Origin: Squalus acanthias
Lineage: Eukaryota
DNA: 60,000 nucleotides
NCBI GenBank assembly: GCA_030390025.1
Contig: CM059432.1
Span: 77,688,001 to 77,748,000, forward strand
Reading direction: 5' to 3'
Position 1 is the stretch's first letter; each line of letters begins with the position of its first letter. Under the pieces are notes generated by a model. The model was not told the DNA's origin. It worked only from the letters and a program-made list of their open reading frames with translations, and searched no databases. Positions 48,513-60,000 of this stretch are shown here, piece after piece. A program made the position numbers and the translations under genes.

Positions 48513-51500
48513 TGACGGGAACAGTAGCATAGTGGTTATGTTACTGGACTAGTAATCCAGAGGCCTGTACTAATAATCCAGAGACGTGAGATCAAATCCC
48601 ACCACGGCAGCTGGGGAATTTAAATTCAGTTAATTAAATAAATCTGGAATAAAAAGCTAGTATCAGTAATGGTGACCATGAAACTATTGGATTGTCGTTA
48701 AAAACCCATCTGGTTCACTAAGGTCCTTTAGGGAAGGAAATCTGCCGTCCTTACCTGGTCTGGCCTATATGTGACTCCAGACCCACAGCAATGTGGTTGA
48801 CTCTTTACTGCCCTCTGAAATGGCCCAGCAAGCCACTCAGTTGTAACAAACCGCTACGATAAACAATAATAAGAATAAAACTGGACGGACCACCCGGCAT
48901 CGACCTAGGCACCGACTACGGACACGTCAACGGCAAACCCAGCTCAGCCGACCCTGCAAAGTTCTCCTTACGAACATCTGGGGCATATGCCAAAATTGGG
49001 AGAGCTGTTGCAAAGACTAGTCAAGCCTGACATAGCCATACTCACAGAATCATACTTTTCAGCCAACGTCCCAGACTCCTCCATCACCATCCCTGGGTAC
49101 GTCCTGTCCCACCGGCAGGACAGACCCACCAAAGGTGGTGGCACAGTGATATACAGTCGGAGTGAGTGGCTCTGGAAATCATCAACATTGACTCCGGACC
49201 CCATGGCTCATGGCTTCAGGTCAAGCATAGGCAAGGAAACCTCCTGCTGATTACCACCTACTGCCCGCCCTCAGCTGATGAATCAGTACTCCTCCATGTT
49301 GAACATCACTTGGAAGAAGCACGGAGAGTAGCAAGGGCACCGAATGTACTCTGGGAGGGGGGGGGACTTCAATGTCCATCACCAAGAGTGGCTCGGTTGC
49401 ACCACTACTGACCGAGCCCTGAAGGATATAGCTGCCAGTCTGGGCCTGCGACAGGTGGGGAGAGAACCAACACGAGGGAAAAACCTACTTGACCTCGTCC
49501 TCACCAATCTACCTGTCGCAGATGCATCTGTCCATGACAGCATTGGTAGCAGTAACAACCGCAGTCCCGTCTTCACACTGAGGACACCCTCCATCGTGCT
49601 GTGTGGCACTACCACCGTGCTAAATGGGATAGATGCAGAACAGATCTAGCAGCTCAAAACTGGGCATCCATGAGGAGCTGTGGGCCATCAGCTGCAGAAT
49701 TGTATTCCACAACAATCTGTAACCTCATGTCCTGGCATATCCCACCATTACCATCAAGCCAGGGGACCAACCCTGGTTCAATGAGGAGCGTAGAAGAGCA
49801 TGCCAGGAGCAGCACCAGGCGTACCTAAAAATGAGGTGTCAACCTGGGGAAGCTGCAAAACAGGACTACATGCATGCTAAACAGCGGAAGCAGCATGCTA
49901 TAGACAGGGTTAAGTGATCCCACAATCAACGGCTCAGATCAAAACTCTACAGTCCTGCCACATTGAGTCGTGAATGGTGGTGGACCATTAAACAACTAAC
50001 GGCAGGAGGAGGCTCCATGAATATCCCCATCCTTAATGATGGTGGAGCCCAGCACGTGAGTGCAAAAGACAAGGCTGAAGCGTTTGCAATCATCTTCAGC
50101 CAGAAGTGCCGAGTGGATGATCCATACTGGCCTCCTCCGGAGGTTCCCACCATCACAAAAGCCAGTCTTCAGCCAATTCGATTAACTCCACGTGATATCA
50201 AGAAATGGCTGAGCGCACTGGATACAGCAAAGGCTATGGGCCTCGACAACATCCCGGCTGTCGTGCTGAAGAACTGTGCTCAAGAACTAGCTGCGCCTCT
50301 AGCCAAGCTGTTCCAGTACAGCTACAACACTGGAATCTATCCGACAATGTGCAAAGCTGCCCAGGTATGTCCAGTCTACAAGAAGCAGGACAAATCCAAT
50401 CCGTCCAATTACCGCCCCATCAGTCTACTCTCAATCATCAGCAAAGTGATGGAAGGTGTCGTCGATAGTGCTATTAAGCGGCACTTACTCACCAATAACC
50501 TGCTCCCGATGCCCAGTTTGGGTTCTGCTAGGACCACTCGGCTCCGGACCTCATTACAGCCTTGGTCCAAACATGGACAAAAGAGCTAAATTCCAGAGGT
50601 GAGGTGAGATCAAGGCAGCATTTGACCGAGTGTGGCATCAAAGAGCCCTAGTAAATGTAAAAATGTCAATGGGAATCAAGGGGGAAAACTCTCCACTGGC
50701 TGGAGTCATACCTAGCACAAAGGAAGATGGTTGTGGTTGTTGGAGGTCAATTATCACAGCCCCAGGACATTGCTGCAGGAGTCCCTCAGGGCAGTGTCCT
50801 AGGCCCAACCATCTTCAGCTGCTTCATCAATGACCTTCCCTCCAGCATAAGGTCAGAAGTGGGGATATTCGCCGATAACTGCACAGTGTTCAGTGCCATT
50901 CGCAACTCCTCAGATAATGAAGCAGTCCATACCTGCATGCAGCAAGACCTGGATGACATTCAGGCTTGGGCTGATAAGTGGCAGGTAACATTCACGCCAC
51001 ACAAGTGCCAGGCAATGACTATCTCCAACAAGCGAGAGTCTAACCACCGCCCCTGGACATTCAACGGCATTACCATTGCTGAATCCCCCGCCATCAACAT
51101 CTTGGGGGGGTCACCATTGACCAGAAACTTAACTGGACCAGCCACATAAATTCTGTGGCAACAAGAGCAGGTCAGAGGCTGGGTATTCTGTGGCGACTGT
51201 CTCACCTCTTGATTCCCCAAAGTCTTTCCACCATCTACAAGGCACAAGGTCAGGAGTGTGATGGAATACTCTCCATTTGCCTGGTTGAGTTCAGCTCCAA
51301 CAACACTCAAGAAGCTCGACACCATACATGACATAGCAGCCCGCTTGCTTGGCACCCCATCCACCACCTTAAACATTCACTCCCTCCACCACCGGCGTAC
51401 CGTGGCTGCAGTGTGTACCATCTGCACGATGCACTGCAGCAACTTGCCAAGGCTTCTTCTACAGCACCTCCGAAACCCGCGACCTCTTCCACCTAGAAGG

Positions 51501-51757
51501 ACAAGGGCAGCAGGCGCATGGGAACACCATCCCCTACAAGTTACACACCATCCTGACTTGGAAGTTTATCGCCGTTCCTTCATCATCGCTGGATCAAAAT
51601 CCTGGAACTCCCTCTCTAACAGCACTGTGGGAGTACCTTCACCACAAGGACGACAGCGGTTCAAGAAGGCGGCTCACCAGCACCTTCTCAAGGGCAATTA
51701 GAGATGGGTAATAAATGCTGTCCTTGCCAGCGACGCGATGAACGAATAAAAAAAAAA
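48513..51757 (+). mobile_element. Full-length family-A LINE with tRNA-derived 5' head, single APE-RT reading frame (disrupted in this copy)
   Basis: tRNA-like head 48517-48605; APE from LLTNIWG (48964) with [37 protein letters not shown]; stop at 51701; hairpin and A-tail; both ends defined by the interrupted CR1 host. Confidence 0.92.
48525..48599 (+). promoter_or_regulatory. Pol III type-2 internal promoter (A and B boxes) in tRNA-Thr(AGT)-like head
   Basis: A box TAGCATAGTGG (48525-48535); anticodon arm CTGGA-CTAGTAA-TCCAG (48544-48560); B-box-like AGATCAAATCC (48589-48599, diverged from GGTTCRAATCC). Confidence 0.75.
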
Positions 51758-51887
51758 GTAACTTTCAAAAGGGAATTGGATATATAGAGCAGGGGAGTGG
51801 GATTAATTGGAAAGCTCTACCAAAGAGCCGGCACAGGCACGAAGGGCCTAATAGCCTCCATCTTTTCTATATTATTCTATGATTCTA

Positions 51888-52625
51888 GGAGGTTACAAAG
51901 ATAGGGAAAGGCAAGGCCATGGAGGGTTTTTAAAACATGAATGAATCATAGAAATTTACGGCACTCTCGGAGGCCATTTGGCCCATCGTGTCTATGCCGG
52001 CCCAAAAAGAGCTATCTAGCCTAATCCCACATTCCAGCTCTTGGTCCGTAGCCTTGTATGTTAATTTTGGGGTATTTAAAATTGAGGCATTGCCAGACCG
52101 AGAGCCAATATAGGTCAGCGAGCACAGGGGTGATGGGTGAACAGGACTTGATGCGAGTTAGGATACAGGCAGCAGAGCTTTGCATGAGCTCAAGTTAATG
52201 GAGGGTGGAAGATGGGAGGCCGGCCAGGATAGTCAAGTATAGAGATAACAAAGGCATGGATGAGGGTTTCAGCAGCAGATAAACAGAGGCAGGGACAGAG
52301 ACGGGCAATGTTACGGAGGAGGAAGTAGGCGGTCTTGGTGATTGAGTGGCTATGTGGCCGGAAGCTCACCTTGGGGTCCAATAGGACAAGCAAGGTTGTG
52401 AACGGTCTGGTTCGGCTTCAATGACCAGGGAGAGGGATGGAGTCGGTGGCAGCGACTGAAGACAATGGCTTCGGTCGTCCCAAAATTTAGTCGGAGGAAA
52501 TTTCCAACTAAATAGTGACAAGCAGCGTGACCAATCAGAGACAGTAGAGTGTTGAGAGAGGTGGTGGTGAGGTAGAGCTGGGTGTCGTCCATATACATGT
52601 GGAACCGGACGTTGTGTTTTCAGAT
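51888..52625 (-). mobile_element. L2-clade LINE fragment (with small CR1 tail insert ~51945-52060)
   Basis: MYMDDTQLY, TKTAYFLLRNIARL, AAETLIHAFVISILDY. Confidence 0.85.
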
Positions 52626-52629
52626 GGTG

Positions 52630-54150
52630 TTACACTTTAGGAAGGATGTCAAGGAAGGATGTCAAGGACTTAAGAGAGGGTGCAGAGATTTACTAGAATG
52701 GTACCAGGGATGAAAGACTTCAGTTATGTGGAGAGACTAGAGAACTGGGGTTGTTCTGCTTAGTGCAGAGAAAGTTAAAGGGAGATTTGATAGAGCTGTT
52801 CAAAATCATGAAGGTTTTTTTTTCGTTTATGGGATGTGGGCGTCGCTGGCAAGGCCAGCATTTATACAATGAAGGAATGGTGATATGCTTCCAAGTCAGG
52901 ATGTTGTGTGACTTGGAGGGGAACTTGGAGGTGGCAGTGTTCCCATGTGCCTGCTGCTGTTGTTCTTCTAGGTGGAAGAGGTCGTGGGTTTGGGAGGTGC
53001 TGTCGAAGAAGCCTTGGCGAGTTGCTGAAGTGCATCTTGTAGATGGTACACACTGCAGCCACGGTACGCCGGTGGTGGAGGGAGTGAATGTTGAAGGTGC
53101 TGGATGGGGTGCCAATCAAGCAGGCTGTTTTGTCCTGGATGGTGTCGAGCTTGTTGTTGGAGCTGCACTCATCCAGGCAAGTGGGGAATATTCCATCACA
53201 CTCCTTACTTGTGCCTTGTAGATGGTGGAAAGGCTTTGGGGAGTCAGGAGGTGAGACACTCGCCGCAGAATACCTAGCCTGACCTGCTCTTGTTACCACA
53301 GTATTTATGTGGCTGGTCCAGTTAAGTTTCTGGTCAACGGTGACCCCCAGAATGTTGATGGTGGGGGATTTGGCGATGGTAATGCCGTTGAATGTCAAGG
53401 GGAGGTGGTTAGACTCTCGCTTGTTGGAGATAGTCATTGCCTGGCACTTCTGTGGCGCGAATGTTACCTGCCACTTATCAGCCCAAGCCTGAACGCCGTC
53501 CAGGTCTTGTTGCATGCGGGCATGGACTGCTTCATTATCTGAGGAGTTGTGGATGGCGCTGAACACTGTGCAGTCATCAGCGAACATCCCCATTTCTGAC
53601 CTTATGTTGAAGGGAAGGTCATTGATGAAGCAGCTGAAGATGGTTGGGCCTAAGACACTGCCCTGAGGAACTCCTGCAGCGATGTCCTGGGGCTGTGATG
53701 ATTGACCCTCAACCACCACAACCATCTTCCTTTGTGCTAGGTATGACTCCAGCCAGTGGAGCGTTTCCCCCCCCCCGATTCCCATTGACTTCAGTTTTAC
53801 TAGGGCTCCTTGATAGAGTAAATAAAGAGAAACTGTTTCCAGTGGCATAAGTGTTGGTTACTAGGGTGCACAGATTTAAGGTAATTGGCAAAAGATGTGA
53901 CATGACGGGAAAAAATTATGCAGCGAGTTGTCATGAGCTGGAATGCATTGTCTGAAAGGATGGTGGAAGCAGATTCAAGAATAACTTTCAAAAGGGAATT
54001 GAGTAAATACTTGAATGGGAACAATTTGCAGGATTATGGGGAGGGAGCAGTGGAATGGGACTAAATGGATAGCTCTTTCAAAGAAGCGGTGGCACAGGTA
54101 TGACGGGCCGAATGGCCTCCTGTGCTGTATCAGTCTATGATTCTATGATT
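52630..54150 (+). mobile_element. CR1 3' end split by a family-A insertion
   Basis: CR1 text ...ATCATGAAGG|TTGATAGAGTAAATAAAGAG continuous across the insert; TCTATGATTCTATGA tail. Confidence 0.85.
52815..53812 (-). mobile_element. Family-A LINE 3' fragment
   Basis: [26 protein letters not shown]-tail at 52815. Confidence 0.9.
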
Positions 54151-55029
54151 ACTATTTCAGATGGGATGTTTTATCAGGATATTAGAATAATCCTCTCCCC
54201 CAACCAGAGATACGAGGTCTGATTTTGAGGATGCGTGTTCCTGGGGGGGAAGGGGAGCTTCATCTACTGAGAGTGCATATTGGGACATCGTGGATGTGCT
54301 CTCCACAATATTACACCCATTAATGTAAAAATCTATGAAGTCTTGTCTTATGTTACTCCATCTAACAAGCTAGCTGATAATGGATTAAATTCACCCACTG
54401 AACAGGCATTGGACAGGTGCAGTGCACCCGAAGTCCGCAGCGACAGTAAAGCCTCAGGTAAGCCCAAATTTGGTAGGTTGTGCCGTTATGACAGCCCAGT
54501 TGAATCCCCAGCACAGGACCTTGTGCCAGGAACTGGGAGTAGAAAGAGAATCACAGCTACGGGTCTGCAGGACTATCTGCTAGCCTTGGTGCCTTTTGGC
54601 TGCTTTAGAGATGGATCCTGCAAAAAAAAAGGACCAATTACCTTTTGTCTTGATTTCTGGCCCCCTTAAACTGAGGGTGGGGGAAGGGGAGGGGTGTGAT
54701 GGTGGTCCAGACTCAGGCTCACCATCAGTTTCCCAGGGCACCAATGGAAATGGGCACCCTAAAGACACAACCACTGGCTATTGAGGTGGCATTGCCCCTC
54801 TCACCTCATTACCATGGCAGTGCTGAGTATGTGCCTGGGTGGGCATGGGGGAAGCCCCAGAAATGCCAGAGCAATGTAAAGGGAGTAGAGACCTGGCAGA
54901 CTTCTCACTGTCACTTTTCCCCTGACTTTTACTCCCAGGGAATAAATATTCACCAGGCGCTGACCGCAGGAACATTGGCCCAAGAATTTTTGGGAACAGA
55001 AAGAAGCTGTTAGGCAAAAACAAACATCC

Positions 55030-55370
55030 CATTCTCTTTGATAAATTAAACCTATCTACCTGCCTTCACACCATATTCCTTAATCCTTTTGCTCTTCTAT
55101 TGCCTTGAATAAATTAATACTGTCCATTTCCATGGCCCTCTTGATATTGTATTTCATATTTCTATTCCCTTTAGCTTGAATTCGTTTCTTCCTTCCTAAT
55201 TTTTAACCTATGTCTCCTAGTATTTGAACCATTCACCAGAGAACAAATTGTCTGGATCAAGCTATTCAATTCCTGTGCTAATCTTCAAAACTTCAATTAG
55301 GGCACTATAGGTATCCTTTTTTGTCCTAAAGAAAACAACCCCAACTTCCTTATATCCAGAGGGTAATAAT
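55030..55370 (-). mobile_element. Old CR1 3' fragment
   Basis: RKLGLFSLGQKR...TRRHRLK-like text. Confidence 0.6.
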
Positions 55371-55394
55371 ATTGCGACAGAGAATCTTCAGTAA

Positions 55395-55950
55395 TACAAC
55401 AACTTGCATTTATATAGCACCTATTACATTGAAAAAACCTCCCAATGCACTTCACAGAGGCGCAAGGAAAAACTGGACACTGAGCCAAGGAAGAAGATAT
55501 TAGGAGGGGAGACCAAAGGCTTGGTTGAAGAGGTGGTTTTCAGGAGGGTCTTGAAGTGGAGAGATTTAGGGAGGAAATTCCAGAGCATGGAGCCTAGGCA
55601 GCTGAAGGTACAGCTGGCAGTGGTGGGACAAAGGCAGGTGGGGATGCACAAGAGCCCAGAGTCAGCAAAAGGAAGAGTTTGGGGGACTGGGAGTGTAGGG
55701 CTAGAGACCGTCCCTAGAAATAGGGAGAGCAAGGGCATGGAGATTAAAACACAAGGAACAAAATTTAAAATTTAAGGCATTGGGGGACTGGCAGCCAATG
55801 TAAGTCAGCAAGGTTAGGGGTGATGGGTGAGCAGGACCTGATGCGGGATAGATACAGGCAGTAGAGTTTTGTATGAGCTGAGAGGCTGGAGGGTGGGACG
55901 CAAGCCAGGAAAGCATTATCATAGTGGAGTCTGAAGGTGGGGTGGAGGTG
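55395..55950 (-). mobile_element. L2 3' end
   Basis: ITPNLADLHWLPV, FSCLGSMLWNFLP; tail CTATATAAATGCAAGTTGTTG. Confidence 0.85.
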
Positions 55951-56519
55951 TTGTATTTTGAACTTTAATTTAAGATCACAGTCAAAATCAAAGGTTTCAC
56001 TTTCATTTATAAATGCTTTCATAAAAGAATTCATTCTGTGGTTATGTGATCGATTTCTAAAATCATTTCAAATAGTTATGTATCTCAGTTTTGGAGAATT
56101 GTTTTAGGGATCATTGTTGGGAGTAGAAAACTCTTCCCAATTAAATTGGTGGAACTGATTTTTTTCCAATCTCTCAAAAACTTTATTATAATTCTCAACT
56201 CACCCAGTTTCAGCCATTAATTCTGATGTCTCCAGTATTTCTTCCATCTCACATTCAGCTTTGGAATTATTATTTTTTTTAAACACGAGATTTCCAGCCA
56301 CAGATGAAATAACCAACTTACCCAAACAACATCTCCCCAGTTCAACATCTCCCCCTCCACAAAAAAAACACACCTTTCCTTTGAAACCAGAAGGATATTG
56401 TGAAATTCTTAATTACATAATATTAAGCGGTCCCCTATTACCTCAATGAGTTGTGTAACTAGGAACATGCCAATACAATACTGGGTCAGAATTGTTAGCA
56501 GAATTCAACTGGGAAAAAC

Positions 56520-56860
56520 TCTAGTTAGGCCTCATCTGGAATACTGTAATCAGTTAAGGTACCCTCACATGATGGGTGATAGAGGCCCTGGTAAAGGGCC
56601 GCTAGAATGATCCCTAGTTTAAAAACCCTTAGTTATCACAATAGGCCTAAGAAGCTGGGCCTTTTTATTATCGGAAAGCATAGGCTTTGGGGAGATTTAA
56701 TTGAAGTGTTCAAAATGAAGAACCTAAACTGTGTCTGTGTGGACAAACTATTTGAATGTAATAGGTCAGTGAAAATGAGGGGTCATGCATATAAGCTGAG
56801 CAAGCACAGGACTAGGTTAGATATCAGTAGGTTTTTCTTTAAGCAGAGGATGAATAAGGG
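56520..56860 (+). mobile_element. Old CR1 3' fragment
   Basis: [26 protein letters not shown]. Confidence 0.75.
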
Positions 56861-59761
56861 TGTGGGCAGGGGGAAGGAAACCAATGTTTTAGACAGTAAA
56901 CAAACTCCAAGATTTTCCTGATTCTCTGGACCAGTGATTTTTAAAATAGTCAAAAAATCTTTCTCCATGTTCCCAACTACTGTTGTTAAGATTTTTTTTT
57001 AAGTCTCCTCTCACTTTTTACATGGCCTTGAAAGCAGAGAGCCCTTGCATATCTTCTTCCTTTCTCCTAACTGTGAAGTTGTTCTAATCCTCCTAAATAT
57101 GAAATTAAATCTAATTAGGTAATTTCAATGTTCAGACTTCACAAAGCACCCAACAACTGTAGAAGTTCAAATGTAGAATAAAAATAGATATATGCACAAG
57201 CTGAAGCTCAAATGTTACCCAATGCCCCACAACACTGGTTTTAAAATACAAATGTACACCTGACATACCTTTGGTTATTTGAATGATAAAATAAGTCAGA
57301 TACTTTACATGGACAATAAATACTGCAAAAATAAATACAGGTTCATGGACTGTATTGTAAATCTTCACTATGACTTTATAAGCTTGCTAGGAGCAAGGTA
57401 AGGGAAGTGATGCAGCATAATTTCAGCATAACAAATGGAACCATCCACCTGATTGTCAACAGTAGTTCTACAAACTCTGACCCAAGTTTCTCAGAAACCC
57501 ATTGCTCCTCAGAAGGATTAACAATGTTATCATGAGAAAGAAATTTTTTTAAGAAAGCTAGCAAAATACATTGACCTATAACTGCATAAATTTTTAAGAG
57601 CCTTAATTGTACAATTTATCTTTGTGAATGCCATATATAGCCACAAGGGACATTACATTTTTAATGAGAACAATTTAGGACAAAAATAATGATCTATAAA
57701 AATTATGACAAGTTCAATGCATAAATCACACAGAACACTCCTTAGATAGTCTGGACATTAATTTATAATTTGAATGTGCCTATACATCAATCTTAAACTT
57801 GCCTGTATGATACAGAATAGAGGACATTTTGATCTATTTTCACTATTCTAATTATATAATCTAGAAATAATGTTGCAAAATCTTCTGATTAATAAAAAAA
57901 AATGTACCATTTACAAAAGAATGGTTGGAGCAAACTCACTGCAAATTTTAGGTGATAGAAAACATGGCTGTATAAATGCCGAACAAAGAGAATTGGTCTA
58001 CAGAGGAATTAATGGAATGCATTCAGGCAAGTATTACATTTGTCTCAATTAGTGGTACAGTTTAGGGAGCATCAATGTATAGTAAAAAGCAAAAAGTAGG
58101 CCTTGGTTCATACCCATGGGAACTCAGCCATGTTTAGGACCAATTTCAGGCAAGTTGCTGGGTGGAAAAGGCAGAGGCTAGAGGTTACCCAGAGGGAGAG
58201 AAGGGAAAAAAAGTGAGAGTCAGAGTCACGATCGAAGTGCTCCCCTATACCTCCTACCAGCTGATTTCTGATTCGACCAATATTCATGAATGCTTAGGAG
58301 CAGCTTGTTTGCCTGTCATATTGCCACAAATGGCATGTGGTCTTGGGATTCAAGCACAAAAATGCAAGCACATTAAAATAGTCTCTCAAATCTCAAATGG
58401 CTGACATTTATCTTACCTCCTCTCCATTTTCATTTTTGATCACTTGTTGTGCTTTCAAAATTTTGGTTGCTGCAATAGCAGATGCCAGTGCCTAAAATAA
58501 AGATGAATACTGGTAATTCCAATAGTATTGCTCACTGTGAGTCAGAGATAACGTTGATGCACGGGGAGGGGTTGAGATTTCCATTGAAAGAATCCGATAG
58601 CAGTTTGTAAGAGATCAACACAGAAATACTGAGCATTTTTTGACTGGAATGAAGAGTTTTACTTACCCAATACAAGTAGATAAATAAATAAGTTATATAA
58701 ATAAACCTCTGCATTTAACATTAGAGAGCAGCTCTTTACCTTTACGGTCCCTCTATTTCGCGGTGTTTTTTTTTTATATAGTGAGTGCCAAGAAGTATAA
58801 GAAAACGTTAAACTAATTTGCATCTTTCTTTTTTAAACTAACTATCTCTGCAACAATTAGTAAAATATTCTACTTACAAATTTAAAGTTCAGGACTTTCA
58901 TTCAGAACCTCCCTCCTTATAAACTTGAGGAATGGTACAGTCCTAGAATTTCAACAGTTTATATTAAGGTTTTGCTATTTTAGTTTGAGTTCCAAGATAA
59001 ATACAAATTTAAAAATGCAGGTTTAACCATTAGGAATATATTACAATACAGAAAGATTTAACTAATGCTAAATTTAGTCCAAAAGTTTTAATGTGTCACA
59101 CATTGGACATACTGCAATTTGCTAAATAAACAAACCATTGAATATAGTATCCTACATTTTTTTTTCAGGAAAGTTACCTCAGAAAAAGCTGAACAGTTCA
59201 TACTTTACTTGTTTTTGTGTAAGACATCAAAACAAAATTCTGGTTACTTTTACTGCTACTAAAAAATGTTTCCCTGGTCTCCGTAATCTTCTATTGAGAC
59301 ATAATTGTAGAGCCTAAAAACAGCGAGTCCTAGCATGCTCTGTGAATGACTATTGCTGTTGTCAAATCATAAGAAGTTTCTGGGGGCTGTAGACACATAT
59401 ACAATTGTAGCCTGCTACCTTATTTAGTCTCTTTAGTCAACAGTGCTAGCTCCATGAACTCAAACCTAGACTTCCCAAAGATGCAGAGGTATCCAACTGA
59501 AAATGTTGTTAGAATTGTGTTAAACACAGAAAATATTACTGGAAATTTAAGTTTCATAATTTTCATAGACATAGTATTTGTTGTCTTCATTGTCGTAAAC
59601 CTTATTTCCAGTCCTAAATTTCTCAGTTTAGCGAGAGTCCAAAATGATGGTTGAGGATTTTCCAAAAATATATGGCACTATTTCATTGGCAAACTTTGCC
59701 AACTACTCATTGTTGATTAGTTATTTTAAATTGTTCTTAGTAATTTTTCATTGGAAGTTTC

Positions 59762-60000
59762 TTTTTTTTTTAATTCATTCACGGGATGTGGGTGTTGCCG
59801 GCAAGGCCAGCATTTATTGCCCATCTCTAATTGCCCTCGAGAAGGTGGTGGTGAGGGCAGTTAATAGTCAACCACATTTCTGTGGGTCTGGAGTCACATA
59901 TAGGCTAGACTGGGTAAGGATGGCCGATTTCCTTCTCTAAAAGGACATTAGTGAACCAGATGGGTTTTTACGACAATCAGACAGCTTCATAGTCACCATT
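59762..60000 (-). mobile_element. SINE-like internally deleted derivative of family-A LINE (continues past window end)
   Basis: 59853-60000 matches LINE 5'UTR 48668-48815; 59762-59855 matches LINE 3' end 51673-51757; junction at a shared CTC. Confidence 0.9.

Larger units (their letters stand above)
46840..51887 (+). mobile_element. CR1 3' half split by Penelope (47218-48069) and family-A LINE (48513-51757) insertions
   Basis: CR1 RT text at 46840-47217, 48067-48512 and 51757-51887 is collinear; TCTATGATTCTA tail. Confidence 0.88.

Noticed and set aside
48517..48605. Functional tRNA-Thr gene
   Set aside because: Duplicated anticodon arm, poor acceptor stem and no downstream T-run; it is a retroelement head
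52862..53848. 328-aa ORF
   Set aside because: Antisense CR1 flank fused to a frameshifted family-A RT fragment
54214..54665. Possible old MITE ending TTTCTGGCCCCC
   Set aside because: Only one convincing terminus; too degraded to call

Overview
Eukaryotic vertebrate DNA, very probably from a shark or ray (inferred from DeuSINE/SacSINE1-like and HE1-like SINEs and esterase-ORF1 CR1 elements). Roughly three quarters of the window is nested transposable elements. These comprise several CR1 LINE subfamilies (two near-full-length copies with zinc-finger/SGNH-esterase ORF1), a second APE-RT LINE family ('family A', Zenon-like) in five copies plus a short derivative, L2 and RTE fragments, and four Penelope-like insertions carrying minimal hammerhead ribozyme motifs. 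DNA transposons include two decayed Harbinger elements (HARBI1-like transposase plus spliced Myb/SANT gene), Harbinger-type MITEs and a hAT element with an 8-bp TSD. The only credible host gene sequence is an unidentified minus-strand terminal coding exon (46121-46312) with a long AT-rich 3'UTR. The most striking observation is the full-length family-A LINE at 48513-51757. It starts with a tRNA-Thr(AGT)-like Pol III head and has no ORF1 and no AUG before the endonuclease. Its sense strand is almost free of TTTT Pol III terminators across all copies, and it has an internally deleted SINE-like derivative at the window end. This suggests a protein-coding LINE family transcribed by RNA polymerase III. 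All calls were made by eye; no database searches were run and boundaries of old elements are approximate.
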